This document shows, piece by piece, positions 37,297 through 46,756 of a stretch of 64,000 nucleotides of DNA. The notes beneath the pieces are model-generated. The model did no database searches, was not told the DNA's origin, and worked only from the letters and a program-made list of their open reading frames with translations. The stretch comes from Candidatus Acetothermia bacterium (GTDB lineage: Bacteria; Bipolaricaulota; Bipolaricaulia; RBG-16-55-9), in assembly GCA_016201405.1 (NCBI GenBank), contig JACQCZ010000014.1, positions 106,631 through 170,630 on the forward strand, given 5' to 3'. The number at the start of each line of letters is the position of its first letter. Within the stretch, counting starts at the first letter, position 1. A program made the translations under genes and the position numbers.

Positions 37297-38403
37297 ATGC
37301 TCACTGCGCAAATCTCGATCAAGCGCACAACTCGCGATTCAGAGCCATTTCAGATAGAGGTCTCAATCCAAGCCAGGCAGGGAATCACAACTCTCTTTGG
37401 CCCTTCGGGCTCTGGCAAAAGCTCAATCTTGCAGGCCATTGCTGGATTGTTAAAACCCGATGCCGGACACATTGAAGTGGATAATCAAATCTTCTTTGAT
37501 TCCACAAAGCAGATTGATCTGCCTCTGAGAGATCGCTGCGTTGGGTATCTCTTTCAAGATCTGGCTCTCTTCCCACACCTCAGTATTGAAGCCAATGTTG
37601 CGTACGGCCTGCACTCGTTGAATAAAAAAGAGAAGCATGAGAAGGCACTCCAGATTCTTGAGAGCTTTGGACTTCAGGCTATGGCATCGCGCAAGCCCAA
37701 GCAGCTTTCGGGAGGGCAACAGCAGCGAGTCGCATTAGCACGAGCTTTGGTCATCAATCCCAGAATCTTGTTATTAGATGAGCCTTTGTCGGCACTCGAT
37801 TCGGCCACCAAGCGCGATCTGATGGCTGAGATCAAGAGAGTGGCTCAAAATTTGTCTATTCCCATTCTCTATGTGACGCACAGCCGCGATGAAGTCTTGG
37901 CACTGGCGCATCATGTCATTGCCCTTGATCGGGGACGAGTCATTGCAGAGGGCGAGCCGCTTCAGGTCCTTGAGAACGCAAGCAACCCGACCATTGCACG
38001 GCTGACGGGTGTCGAGAATCTATTTGTTGGGAAAATAATGGACAAGCATCTAGAGCGCGGCACGATGACCTTTCAGATTGATAAGACTCTCTTAGAGATT
38101 CCGCTTACTGATCAGGCCGTTGGAGAGGTCATTCAGGTTGCGATTCGGGCTGGTGATATCTTGCTCTCGCTGGCAGAGCCGAAGGGACTGAGCGCACGAA
38201 ATCGCATCGTTGGAAAGGTACTAGAAGTCAATCCGCATGAGCACAATCAGCTAGTGCGAGTGGAGTCCAGTCCTGGGGTCGTCTTTTCGGTCTTGATTAC
38301 GAGCAGCGCTCAACACGAGCTGAATGTGCATCCAGGGAAAAATATTTGGCTGCTCATCAAGACTCATGCCTGTCATATTTTGGCTGGCAGAGATTCATAT
38401 TAA
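37297..38403 (+). CDS. modC: molybdate ABC transporter ATP-binding protein with C-terminal MOP/TOBE domain
   Basis: 368 aa; Walker A GPSGSGKS, signature LSGGQQQR, Walker B LLLDEP. Confidence 0.9.
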   Translation: MLTAQISIKRTTRDSEPFQIEVSIQARQGITTLFGPSGSGKSSILQAIAGLLKPDAGHIEVDNQIFFDSTKQIDLPLRDRCVGYLFQDLALFPHLSIEANVAYGLHSLNKKEKHEKALQILESFGLQAMASRKPKQLSGGQQQRVALARALVINPRILLLDEPLSALDSATKRDLMAEIKRVAQNLSIPILYVTHSRDEVLALAHHVIALDRGRVIAEGEPLQVLENASNPTIARLTGVENLFVGKIMDKHLERGTMTFQIDKTLLEIPLTDQAVGEVIQVAIRAGDILLSLAEPKGLSARNRIVGKVLEVNPHEHNQLVRVESSPGVVFSVLITSSAQHELNVHPGKNIWLLIKTHACHILAGRDSY

Positions 38404-38650
38404 CAGTAAATTTCTGGATTCCGGCTCGCGCTTCGCGTGGCCGGAATGACGGGCAAGAAAGCACCCGTCATTCTTGCTTAATTTCGTATGTCATTCCTGC
38501 GAAAGCAGGAATCCAGCGGCTTTCTGTTTTTGGCAAGATTCGTAGATTCCTGGCTTCCGGGTCTACACTTCGCTTGGCTGGAATGACAATCTTATTGATG
38601 CCTGTCATATTTTGGCTGATAGAAATGAATTTCAGTAAAGGCCCAGAAAT
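38366..38650. repeat. composite palindromic repeat insertion at the 3' end of modC: 21-bp perfect direct repeats flanking nested GGAATGAC/GTCATTCC hairpin units
   Basis: atgcctgtcatattttggctg at 38366-38386 and 38598-38618; hairpin units between them. See finding. Confidence 0.6.
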
Positions 38651-38766
38651 GCCAGAACCAGATTGACGATCCACGAGACCCATTTGATGCGGGGCTTTGA
38701 TTTTGCGGCCTTCTCCGACTCCTGCTGTTGGCCACTCTCTTTTATAACTCGCATATCTAGACCCTA

Positions 38767-39201
38767 TCACCTCTTAGCACACTCTTGACAGACTGATGAT
38801 CCTTTGTCAACCACACGTCCGCATTCGCGGCAATTGGACTTCAAATCTTCGTAACAGTTGGGGCAGATGGCATGCTCACGGCCAACCGGCTTTCCGCAGT
38901 GAGGGCATTTGGAGGTAAATGAAAGGTTAAACTTTGAGGCCTTCTCTGCCAAAGGCTCAGGATAGGCGCGCAGCCAGATGGCGATCTGTCTGCTGGCGCG
39001 GAACGAGAATGGAACCCAGAAAAAGGCAAAGATGACCCAACTGATCCATTCTAAGATGGGGGTCAGCTCGCGGGCAAAGAGAATTCCAACCCAGATCAGC
39101 AGCCAAAAGGGGAGCCAGCGAAGCCAGCCACCTCCAAACCACGAGATCGAGCAGATTCTCCGCTCAGATCTTCTCTCGCGTCTCCACGTGCGATAGCTCA
39201 T
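38767..39201 (-). CDS. membrane protein with C-terminal zinc-ribbon
   Basis: Tryptophan-rich TM helices followed by four CxxC pairs (CPHCGK, CPNCYE, CRECGR, CQEC). Start uncertain; the ORF extends to 39255. Confidence 0.5.
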   Translation of the reverse strand: MSYRTWRRERRSERRICSISWFGGGWLRWLPFWLLIWVGILFARELTPILEWISWVIFAFFWVPFSFRASRQIAIWLRAYPEPLAEKASKFNLSFTSKCPHCGKPVGREHAICPNCYEDLKSNCRECGRVVDKGSSVCQECAKR

Positions 39202-40066
39202 TGACTTCCAGTGACTCCTCGTATTCGACTCGCTCAATCTCGCAGCCCAGGCCAATGATCACATTTTTGCCGCGGACAATCTTGGCTTTGGTCGATTCCA
39301 AGTGAATCTCATCGCCTTCAATCGTTTCGGCTTCGAGCACACCATTGCCAATAAAGCCGCTCACGTGGATGCCAAAGTTACCCAAGCTCTCTTTGAGCTG
39401 CCCCATCATGTCGGCTATCTTCTCCAGATCAACATCAATGTTGACCCCGAAGTCATTGAACTTCCAGCGCTTTCCTCGTGCTTTCTCTTCCATGCGTCTC
39501 TTGAATTTATCTTGGTCAAAGCCGCCAAATTTCTGCAAGACTTCGATCTTTTCGCCGCCAATCTCACGGGCATGAGAATCCCCACCTAGCCGAATTGAGA
39601 TCTCGTCGGCGCTGAGCAGACCGCCAATCTCAAAAGAGCCTTCCGAGTTGAATTTGTCGGCCTCGACGTCACCGCCGACTGCGCATGTGCCGCTGATCTT
39701 GATATAGCTGGTAGTTAGCTTACCGCCGATCTTCTGCGTGCCAGAGCACTTAAAGACATCTGCTGAGACATCGCCATTGACCACCGCTGAGCCTGTGGTG
39801 CGCAGGTCTTCGGCTTTCACGTTGCCATCGACGCGGCATGAGCCTGCTGAGTGAAACTCTTCCGCTTCGGCATCCCCTTCGATCGCGCATGACCCTGCAA
39901 TGCTGATCGACTCGGCTTTGACATCACCGGCAATTGTCCCTGAGCCGGCCACTTTGATGCTCTGGTAGGTGCCGCCGCTGATCCGGCCCGAGCCGGCAAT
40001 CGTGACGCGCTCTGCGCCCTCTTCTTCTTTGGCCTCTGATCTCATGACCATAATCGCTCCTTTCAC
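39164..40066 (-). CDS. bactofilin-like (polymer-forming, beta-helical repeat) protein with two repeat domains
   Basis: 300 aa; repeated G-x-G beta-strand pattern (GSGRISGG, VAGSGTIAGDV, IAGSCAIEGD, ISGTCAVGGDV) typical of bactofilin/YhbE-YhbF-type proteins. Confidence 0.6.
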   Translation of the reverse strand: MKGAIMVMRSEAKEEEGAERVTIAGSGRISGGTYQSIKVAGSGTIAGDVKAESISIAGSCAIEGDAEAEEFHSAGSCRVDGNVKAEDLRTTGSAVVNGDVSADVFKCSGTQKIGGKLTTSYIKISGTCAVGGDVEADKFNSEGSFEIGGLLSADEISIRLGGDSHAREIGGEKIEVLQKFGGFDQDKFKRRMEEKARGKRWKFNDFGVNIDVDLEKIADMMGQLKESLGNFGIHVSGFIGNGVLEAETIEGDEIHLESTKAKIVRGKNVIIGLGCEIERVEYEESLEVNELSHVETREKI

Positions 40067-40260
40067 CGCCCGTATTTCTTATGCTGCAGCCAGCGGAAGA
40101 GCAAGTAGATTCCTCCGCCAATCAGAACCCACGGCAAGACCGCAGCCACCAATTCGACGGCTGCCGTCAGAATCTTGAACAGAATCAATATTCCAATGAG
40201 CAGAAGAACCCCTGCGCCGATGAGAAAGAGCAGATTCTTGAATGGATTGTCATTGTTCAT
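40063..40260 (-). CDS. small two-TM membrane protein
   Basis: 65 aa, two hydrophobic helices; ATGA-type overlap with the downstream bactofilin-like gene. Confidence 0.4.
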   Translation of the reverse strand: MNNDNPFKNLLFLIGAGVLLLIGILILFKILTAAVELVAAVLPWVLIGGGIYLLFRWLQHKKYGR

Positions 40261-40277
40261 GACTAGTCTTCACTCCT

Positions 40278-40931
40278 TCAGATACCCCGTAAGCTCAGTT
40301 TCGTCTCTTCGACAAGCTGACTCAGATCCAGTTGTGCGACAATCTGCGTCTCGGGGTCAAATCGCACCTTCGATTTGGGAGCGATGCAGCAGAGGCTGCT
40401 CCCCTTCTCTTTGCGCAGCACCCATAGAGTCCAGTCGGCTTCGGATTCGCTTGCCGGCAATACATCGGCGTTGAGCGTGGAGAGAACAAGCCTTAACTCT
40501 TCCTGAGCCAGCTCTTTCGTCCCCAGCTCTTCGAGCGCCGCAATCTGAATGACATCTCGAAATGGGAATGGACTCTCATGCCCAGTGATCGTCTGAAAGC
40601 GCTTTAAGGTCTCAGTCGAGATAAATTTATTGACCAGCTCTTTAAGATCAAACCTGGCTTCCGTAGATTCAGGCGAGAGCATCTCTGTGATCTCTTCCAG
40701 GCTGTAATCTTCCTTGAGCTTCATGATCCGCTCGATGCGCTCAATGATCTTATCGCTCGGCAAAAAAGTCTCTTGGCCAGTAAAGGTGCTCTTGCGGATA
40801 AACCAGGACTCGGGGATGAGCCCCTTCCGCTTCCAGCGGTAAAACTGGCCATACGAGATGCCAAATTTATCTAGAATCCCTTTCTTGGAGATCAGTTCCG
40901 GCTCTCGCTGTGTAACCTCTTTGTCAGCCAT
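40278..40931 (-). CDS. DUF4004 (YhbD-like) MerR-type HTH protein
   Basis: N-terminal motif ISKKGILDKFGISYGQFYRWKRKGLIPESWFIRKSTFTGQETF. Start chosen at MADKEV so the pspA promoter lies in intergenic DNA; the ORF extends to 41012. Confidence 0.55.
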   Translation of the reverse strand: MADKEVTQREPELISKKGILDKFGISYGQFYRWKRKGLIPESWFIRKSTFTGQETFLPSDKIIERIERIMKLKEDYSLEEITEMLSPESTEARFDLKELVNKFISTETLKRFQTITGHESPFPFRDVIQIAALEELGTKELAQEELRLVLSTLNADVLPASESEADWTLWVLRKEKGSSLCCIAPKSKVRFDPETQIVAQLDLSQLVEETKLSLRGI

Positions 40932-40980
40932 AACGATTGCATTGTAACATAACACTGTTACGATTACAAGAGGGAAGAGT

Positions 40981-41009
40981 TTTGCAGGACCGGCTCGCTC
41001 TCTTATAAT
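40981..41009 (+). promoter_or_regulatory. putative sigma70-type promoter of pspA-like gene
   Basis: TTTGCA at 40981-40986, 17-nt spacer, TATAAT at 41004-41009; about 65 nt upstream of ATG 41075. Confidence 0.45.
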
Positions 41010-41074
41010 CAATGGGCTAGGCGAGCTTATGAGGATTCAACCCACATGAGACTCGGAGCGAAAGGGGCATCTGA

Positions 41075-42175
41075 ATGAGCATATTTAGCCGTTTTCGAGA
41101 CATCATCAAATCCAATCTCCACGCTGCAGCCGACAAGATTGAGAACCCGGAATATATTCTGGATTCCAAATATGACGACTTGCTCCATGAGCGGAAGCGT
41201 ATCGAGCAAGGCGTGCGGGATTCCATCGCCCACCGCATCATGATCCAGAATGAGATGGAAGATCTGCGCAAAAAGATCGGCAAGGTCTTTGAGCAAGCCA
41301 AGCTTCACCGCCTGAAAGCCCTTTCATTGGAAGAGAAGGCCAAAGAGGACCCCAAGTCACAGGTTCAGCTGGAGAAGCACAATAGCGAAGCCCTAAAGCG
41401 CCTGCAAGACAAGATGCGCATGGAAGAGAAGCTGGGCGAGTTTCAAGAGAAGTTCCAGAAGGCCGAGCTGCGCATCAATGCCATGAAAGAGAAGCAGATC
41501 GCTCTCCAAGCCAAGCTGGAAGATCTGAGATTGCGCAAAGAGGAGATCAAGAGCGAGCTGCGCATGGCTGAGGCGGAGCGCAAGATTTCGTCCGCCCTTT
41601 CCGGTCTGGATGGCGACTTTGGCGATGTTGACCTCACCATTCAGCGCATCGAAGACAAAGTGAAGCGGACCAAAGCCCTGGCTGAAGCCACAACCGAGAT
41701 GGCCCTGGAGATGGGGCGCGCACGGGGTGATGTGATCGAGATTGAAGGGGTCACAGAGCTTCGCGCCGAATCGGCATTGAAGAAACTGGATATTGAGCTG
41801 CTTGGCGAAGGACAGATCGAGAGACTCGCTCCAGGTGAGATCGAATTCTTCACTATTGAGGTCTCGGGCGGCGGAACGTGGGCCTTCCCCGCCAGCGATA
41901 AGAAGGAGATCTTGGCATCGCTCAACCAGATTGACAAAGAGATGACCCGACTCAAAGAGAAGAATGAGCTCGACCATGACGGCTTTGAAGAGAATTACAA
42001 AAAGATCTTTCAGATCATCCGCAAGCGCGGCAAACTTGTAGGCCGGGACATCAAGATGAGCGCCGTGGCACGAGACAAAGCCACAACTGAGCCGGCAATT
42101 CGCATCCCACCTGAAGATTTGGAGTACAGCGAGGCGATCAAGCTGCTCGAAGGTGAAGGGCTGATCGCGGATTAA
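41075..42175 (+). CDS. pspA: PspA/IM30 family protein with roughly 130-aa C-terminal extension
   Basis: 366 aa; N-terminus MSIFSRFRDIIKSNLHAAADKIENPE and coiled-coil PspA core to about residue 230; unrecognised C-terminal domain. Confidence 0.8.
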   Translation: MSIFSRFRDIIKSNLHAAADKIENPEYILDSKYDDLLHERKRIEQGVRDSIAHRIMIQNEMEDLRKKIGKVFEQAKLHRLKALSLEEKAKEDPKSQVQLEKHNSEALKRLQDKMRMEEKLGEFQEKFQKAELRINAMKEKQIALQAKLEDLRLRKEEIKSELRMAEAERKISSALSGLDGDFGDVDLTIQRIEDKVKRTKALAEATTEMALEMGRARGDVIEIEGVTELRAESALKKLDIELLGEGQIERLAPGEIEFFTIEVSGGGTWAFPASDKKEILASLNQIDKEMTRLKEKNELDHDGFEENYKKIFQIIRKRGKLVGRDIKMSAVARDKATTEPAIRIPPEDLEYSEAIKLLEGEGLIAD

Positions 42176-43011
42176 TGCTCGATCTCGCGTTTGAGTTTGG
42201 CTTCGAGCTCCATCAATCTCTGCTCTAGCTCGTGCTTTTCTGGTGATTCTAGCGCCTCGATCTTGACCACTTCACAGAGGTGCTGCGGCTCTGTGAATCC
42301 TTGCAAGCGCTGTGTGCCACGCTCCACAAACTGAAAATCCCGTGAGGGCCCGACCAAGTTTCGAATAATATCAGAGACCCAGATCTCTCCACCCCGAGCA
42401 CAATCCGCGATGCGGGCGGCCAGATTGACTGTGCGCCCGATATAATCGCCATGCTCTTGGATCGGCTCACCTGAGTTGATGCCAATACGCACACGAATCG
42501 GCTCCATGTGCTTGAAATTATAAGTCTTAAAGATCTCCTGGATATCGAGCGAGCACTGGACGGCCTTACGCGCCGATGAGAACGAGACCATAAAGCCGTC
42601 GCCGTAATTCTTCACTTCCAGCCCGTCGTGGCTCTTGATCTGATCCCTCATAATGCGATTATGGATCTGCAGAATCTCATGTCCAAGCTCATCCCCTCGG
42701 TCGACAAAACGGGAAAAGTTCTCGATATCACTGAAGAGAATCGTCACAGTCCCTTGTGATGGGCCCATCTCACGCCGGATGCGCTCGGTCTCTTCTTTGC
42801 CGACCCGCTGGGCGAGCTGATCCGCCCTGTCTTTGCGGGAGAGCTTCTTTTCCAGCATCTCGATGCGATCGGCCAGAGCTGGGTCAGAGCCTGACTTTCC
42901 CGCGATGCGGGTCGCCCAAGCCTTGGCCGGCGGTGAGTTCAAGATGATCTTCAAGATCGACCCGGAGAAGATAAAGACGACTGCAATTAGAGCGATTAAG
43001 TCCCAACCCAT
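42172..43011 (-). CDS. membrane-anchored class III adenylate/guanylate cyclase (paralogue of 3529-4467)
   Basis: 279 aa; N-terminal TM helix and cyclase core (FSDIENFS...YGDGFMVSF...RIGINSGEPI). Confidence 0.8.
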   Translation of the reverse strand: MGWDLIALIAVVFIFSGSILKIILNSPPAKAWATRIAGKSGSDPALADRIEMLEKKLSRKDRADQLAQRVGKEETERIRREMGPSQGTVTILFSDIENFSRFVDRGDELGHEILQIHNRIMRDQIKSHDGLEVKNYGDGFMVSFSSARKAVQCSLDIQEIFKTYNFKHMEPIRVRIGINSGEPIQEHGDYIGRTVNLAARIADCARGGEIWVSDIIRNLVGPSRDFQFVERGTQRLQGFTEPQHLCEVVKIEALESPEKHELEQRLMELEAKLKREIEH

Positions 43012-43073
43012 TCGATCCGCCTCATTTATTCAAGTTTGCTTGCTACAATTATGGAGGATAGGAGTTTGAAAGG

Positions 43074-44921
43074 TCAATCTTCGCCCACTTCGACTGGAGC
43101 GCGCTCCGCTTGATCTCTAGTGCTGATGCCCGTCTCGCCAAATTGCAAGGTGTACAAGGCATGATAGAGACCTCTGCGCGCGAAGAGCTCCTCGTGATTG
43201 CCCTGCTCGATGATTCGCCCCTTTTGCAACACAATGATCTGATTTGAATCGCGAATTGTCGAGAGCCGGTGGGCGATCACAATCGAAGTCCTCCCCTTCA
43301 AGATTCGCTCAATCGACTCTTGAATCAGACTTTCGGTTTTTGAGTCAATGTTGGCTGTCGCCTCGTCGAGGACGAGCACCTTGGGATCAAAAGCAATGGC
43401 CCTGGCAAAGGCGAGCAGCTGACGCTGGCCCACGGAGAGCGTGGCGCCACGCTCCTTTACTTCGGTGCTGTACTCATTTGGCAGCTCTTGAATGAAGGGG
43501 TCGGCCTGGACGAATCGCGCTGCGCTCATGGCTTTCTCGGAAGAGATCGAATCAGCCTGCAGCCGAATATTTCCCATGATGTCTCCTGAGAACAAAAAGA
43601 CATCTTGCAAAACCACGGCCATCTTCGAGCGCAGAGATTGCAAATCCATCTCTTTGATATCGACCCCGTCAAAGAGAATCTGCCCCTTCTGAATCTCATA
43701 GAGTCTCAGCAGCAAGCTGATGATTGTCGTTTTGCCTGAGCCAGTCGGCCCGACAATGGCCACCCGCTCTCCAGGCTCAGCCAGAAACGAGACGCCGCGC
43801 AGCACCCAGTCTGAATCTTTTTTCTGCTCGGCCTGATATGAGAACCAGACATTGCGAAACTCGATTCTTCCCAGCCCCGTTTGAAGAGTCTTTCCGTCAT
43901 AGCGCTCTTCTGACTCGTCTAGCAACATGAAAATTCGCTCAGAAGAGGCCATAGCGCCCTGCAAGATGTTATATTTTTCTGCAATGTCTCGAATGGGCTG
44001 GAAGAGCATGTCAACGTAGTTCAAAAACTGAACCAGCATTCCGAGCGTAAAGATGCCAGACAAAATGTTGAGTCCGCCGTACCAGAGAATGACCGCTGTG
44101 GCGATGGCGCTCATCTGGTGGATGAGCGGCTGAAAGACAGCAAAGATATTGATCTGGCGCATGTTGGCTTCATACTCTTCGCGGTTGATCTCGGAAAATC
44201 TGTAAAAACTGGGCTTCTCTTGCACAAAGAGGTGTGTAATCCGCATTCCCGAGATGTTCTCTGCCAGATAGGCGTTGAGCTTGGCCAGCTTACGGCGTAC
44301 TTCGCGATAGGCGTCCCGCACCCGCCTGCGAAATTCAAAGGTGATCCAGAAGAGCAGCGGAAAGAGGATTAGTACAAAGAGCGCGAGCCGCCAGTTGATC
44401 AAGAACATCACAATCAAGACACCCGCAATCAAAAATACATCTTTAAATAGATTGACCAGAACCGCGCTGTACATCTCGTTGATGGCACCCACGTCATTTG
44501 TAGCGCGCGTCACCAGGCGGCCTACCGGATTGCGGTCAAAGAATTTGGCAGGCAGTCTCATCAGGCGGGCAAAGATCTCGGTGCGCATGTCATACATGAT
44601 CTTTTGGCCCGTGTATTGCAAGACATAGACCTGAACGAACGAAAATAAGAGACGAAAGACCAGCAGAATCATAAAAAATAGCGCCAGCTGCGTGATTCCC
44701 TGAACGGCTTCGTCCTTGGGAATGGAAGCTTTTAGATAATTATCAATCATCACGGCAGTCAAGTAGGGCAGCGCCAGCTCGACAACTGTGATCAGCGCGG
44801 ACAGAACGACAGTGATGACAAAGAGCCATTTATAAGGACGAATATATTGTAGAAGTCGGCCCATCAGACCGGCATCAAAGGCTTTGCCCAATTTTTCTTC
44901 TTCCCAAAAAAAATCATCCAT
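43074..44921 (-). CDS. ABC exporter, fused permease/ATP-binding subunit
   Basis: 615 aa; 6-TM domain plus NBD (GPTGSGKTT, LSVGQRQ, LVLDEATA). Confidence 0.85.
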   Translation of the reverse strand: MDDFFWEEEKLGKAFDAGLMGRLLQYIRPYKWLFVITVVLSALITVVELALPYLTAVMIDNYLKASIPKDEAVQGITQLALFFMILLVFRLLFSFVQVYVLQYTGQKIMYDMRTEIFARLMRLPAKFFDRNPVGRLVTRATNDVGAINEMYSAVLVNLFKDVFLIAGVLIVMFLINWRLALFVLILFPLLFWITFEFRRRVRDAYREVRRKLAKLNAYLAENISGMRITHLFVQEKPSFYRFSEINREEYEANMRQINIFAVFQPLIHQMSAIATAVILWYGGLNILSGIFTLGMLVQFLNYVDMLFQPIRDIAEKYNILQGAMASSERIFMLLDESEERYDGKTLQTGLGRIEFRNVWFSYQAEQKKDSDWVLRGVSFLAEPGERVAIVGPTGSGKTTIISLLLRLYEIQKGQILFDGVDIKEMDLQSLRSKMAVVLQDVFLFSGDIMGNIRLQADSISSEKAMSAARFVQADPFIQELPNEYSTEVKERGATLSVGQRQLLAFARAIAFDPKVLVLDEATANIDSKTESLIQESIERILKGRTSIVIAHRLSTIRDSNQIIVLQKGRIIEQGNHEELFARRGLYHALYTLQFGETGISTRDQAERAPVEVGED

Positions 44922-46642
44922 CAGAGCGTCACCCCCTCTTCCGCTTTCTGCAATTCGTAGAGGTGGGCGTAGATGCCATTGGCGTGAATCAGCTCTTCGT
45001 GTGTCCCCTGTTCAATCAGCTTGGAGTGATCGAGCACGATGATGTGGTCCAAGTCTTTTACAGCGGAGATGCGATGCGCGATCACAATGGCCGTCCGCTC
45101 CTGGAAGATCTGGCGCAGGTTGCCCAAAATCTCTTCCTCTTTTTCCGCGTCTACAGCTGAGAGCGCGTCATCCAAAATCAAAATCTTTGGGTCTGTGAGA
45201 AGCGCTCGGGCAATCGCGACGCGCTGCTTCTGCCCACCGGAGAGCGAGACGCCGCGCTCTCCCAATAATGTATTAAATTGCTGTGGCATATCGAGAATCT
45301 CTTCGTAAATCCCGGCCAGCTTTGCGACACGCTCGATCTCTTCTTGTGTCGCCTCCGGTTTCCCGTAGGCCAGGTTGTCCCGAATGGTTGTAGAGAAGAG
45401 AAAGCCATCTTGAGGGACAAGCGCAATCTGACGGCGCAGGTCATAGAGTTGATATTCATGGACTGGGAGCCCATCAATCAGAAGCTGGTCTCGCTGCGGC
45501 TCAAAGAGACGCACCATCAAATGAACGAGCGTGCTCTTGCCAGAGCCTGTCAGGCCGATCACACCCAGCGTCTCTCCAGGCTCGATAGAAATATTTATAT
45601 GCTCAAGCACGTTGGTGCCTTGGAGATAGGCAAAGGTCAGGTCTTTATATTCAATTCGCCCTGGGCCATCGAAGGGCTTGGCGCCAGGAACATCTTTGAT
45701 CTCCGGAATGCTGGCCAAAATCGTCTCGATGCGCTTCATCGAGGCGCTGCCACGCTGCATCATGTTGACCATCATCCCCACCGCCATCATCGGCCAGGTG
45801 AGAAGTCCCAGATAGAGCATGAAGGCGACAAAATCGCCAATATTGATCTCTTGATGAACAACTGCCAATCCACCAAAGAAGAGGACCATCAGAAACGACA
45901 ACTCGCTGAGCGTTGAGATCATCGGGTCGAGCAGACCAGAGATCTTGACGAGGCTCATGTTCTGGTCAATGAAGAGCTGATTCGTCTTGGCGAAGTCGCG
46001 GCTCATCCCCTCTTCCTGCGTAAAGCTCTTGATGACTCGAATCCCGGCGAGCGATTCGCGAACTTTCTCCATCAGCAATGAGAAGGTCTCTTGGACGGCC
46101 TCGAAGCGGTTATGAATAATCCGGCCAAAGAAGATGACGATAAAGGTCAGTATGGGAAGCGGCAAAAAGGCATAGAGCGTCAGCATGGGGTGAATCGAGA
46201 TCATCGCGGCGATGCAGAAGGTCATCATGATGCAGAAGTCGGCGCAAGCGAGCACGCCAAAGCCGCAGGCCATCATCACCGCATCGGCGTCGTTGGTGAA
46301 ATGGGCCATCAAGTCTCCAGTGGTGTTGTTATAAAAAAATTTGGCAGAGAGCTTGACAATATGCTGATAGATCTGATTGCGGACGTCGCGGCGGATGCGG
46401 CGCGACGCACCTAACAGAAAGAAGCGCCAGAAGAAGCGGCCAATCCCGACGAGAATGGCCATAGCCACAATGAGCAGCGCATTTCGCACCAGCGCCTCTG
46501 AGCTCCCAGCCGTCAGTTGGTTGACCGCGTTTCGGATGAAGAGGGGCACGAAGAGCTGTCCCGCGTCCACCAGCAGCAACGCGAAGAGCCCGATCAGCAC
46601 TCGGCCTCGATAGCGTCTGAGATGCTTGAAGATGCCACGCAT
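44921..46642 (-). CDS. ABC exporter, fused permease/ATP-binding subunit (heterodimer partner)
   Basis: TMD plus NBD (GLTGSGKST, LSGGQKQR, LILDDALS). Start chosen at MRGIFK; the ORF extends to 46696; 1-nt overlap with the downstream partner. Confidence 0.85.
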   Translation of the reverse strand: MRGIFKHLRRYRGRVLIGLFALLLVDAGQLFVPLFIRNAVNQLTAGSSEALVRNALLIVAMAILVGIGRFFWRFFLLGASRRIRRDVRNQIYQHIVKLSAKFFYNNTTGDLMAHFTNDADAVMMACGFGVLACADFCIMMTFCIAAMISIHPMLTLYAFLPLPILTFIVIFFGRIIHNRFEAVQETFSLLMEKVRESLAGIRVIKSFTQEEGMSRDFAKTNQLFIDQNMSLVKISGLLDPMISTLSELSFLMVLFFGGLAVVHQEINIGDFVAFMLYLGLLTWPMMAVGMMVNMMQRGSASMKRIETILASIPEIKDVPGAKPFDGPGRIEYKDLTFAYLQGTNVLEHINISIEPGETLGVIGLTGSGKSTLVHLMVRLFEPQRDQLLIDGLPVHEYQLYDLRRQIALVPQDGFLFSTTIRDNLAYGKPEATQEEIERVAKLAGIYEEILDMPQQFNTLLGERGVSLSGGQKQRVAIARALLTDPKILILDDALSAVDAEKEEEILGNLRQIFQERTAIVIAHRISAVKDLDHIIVLDHSKLIEQGTHEELIHANGIYAHLYELQKAEEGVTL

Positions 46643-46756
46643 GTGAGTACGTCCCCCCAAAAACTCTCCCGGATCAGGGGAGAAAGAAGAATTCAATTCT
46701 AAGTGTCAATTTTAGGATTGTCAAAAATCTCGTGATTTGTGGACAGGATGATATTT

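Noticed and set aside
38366-38650. Possible CRISPR array in the repeat cluster
   Set aside because: Repeats are palindromic units of differing length and orientation without regular repeat-spacer periodicity, and no cas genes are adjacent.
38346-38770. ORFs 38346-38666 (+) and 38468-38770 (-) downstream of modC
   Set aside because: They are translations of the palindromic repeat cluster, giving the repeat-derived peptides VIPAKAGIQ, SRGRNDG and IPAFAGMT, with no start context and overlap on both strands; treated as repeat DNA, not genes.
40932-41012. Longer N-terminus of the DUF4004 gene (ORF to 41012)
   Set aside because: The extension would cover the pspA promoter and adds a hydrophobic, non-conserved segment; start at MADKEV (40931) preferred, though uncertain.
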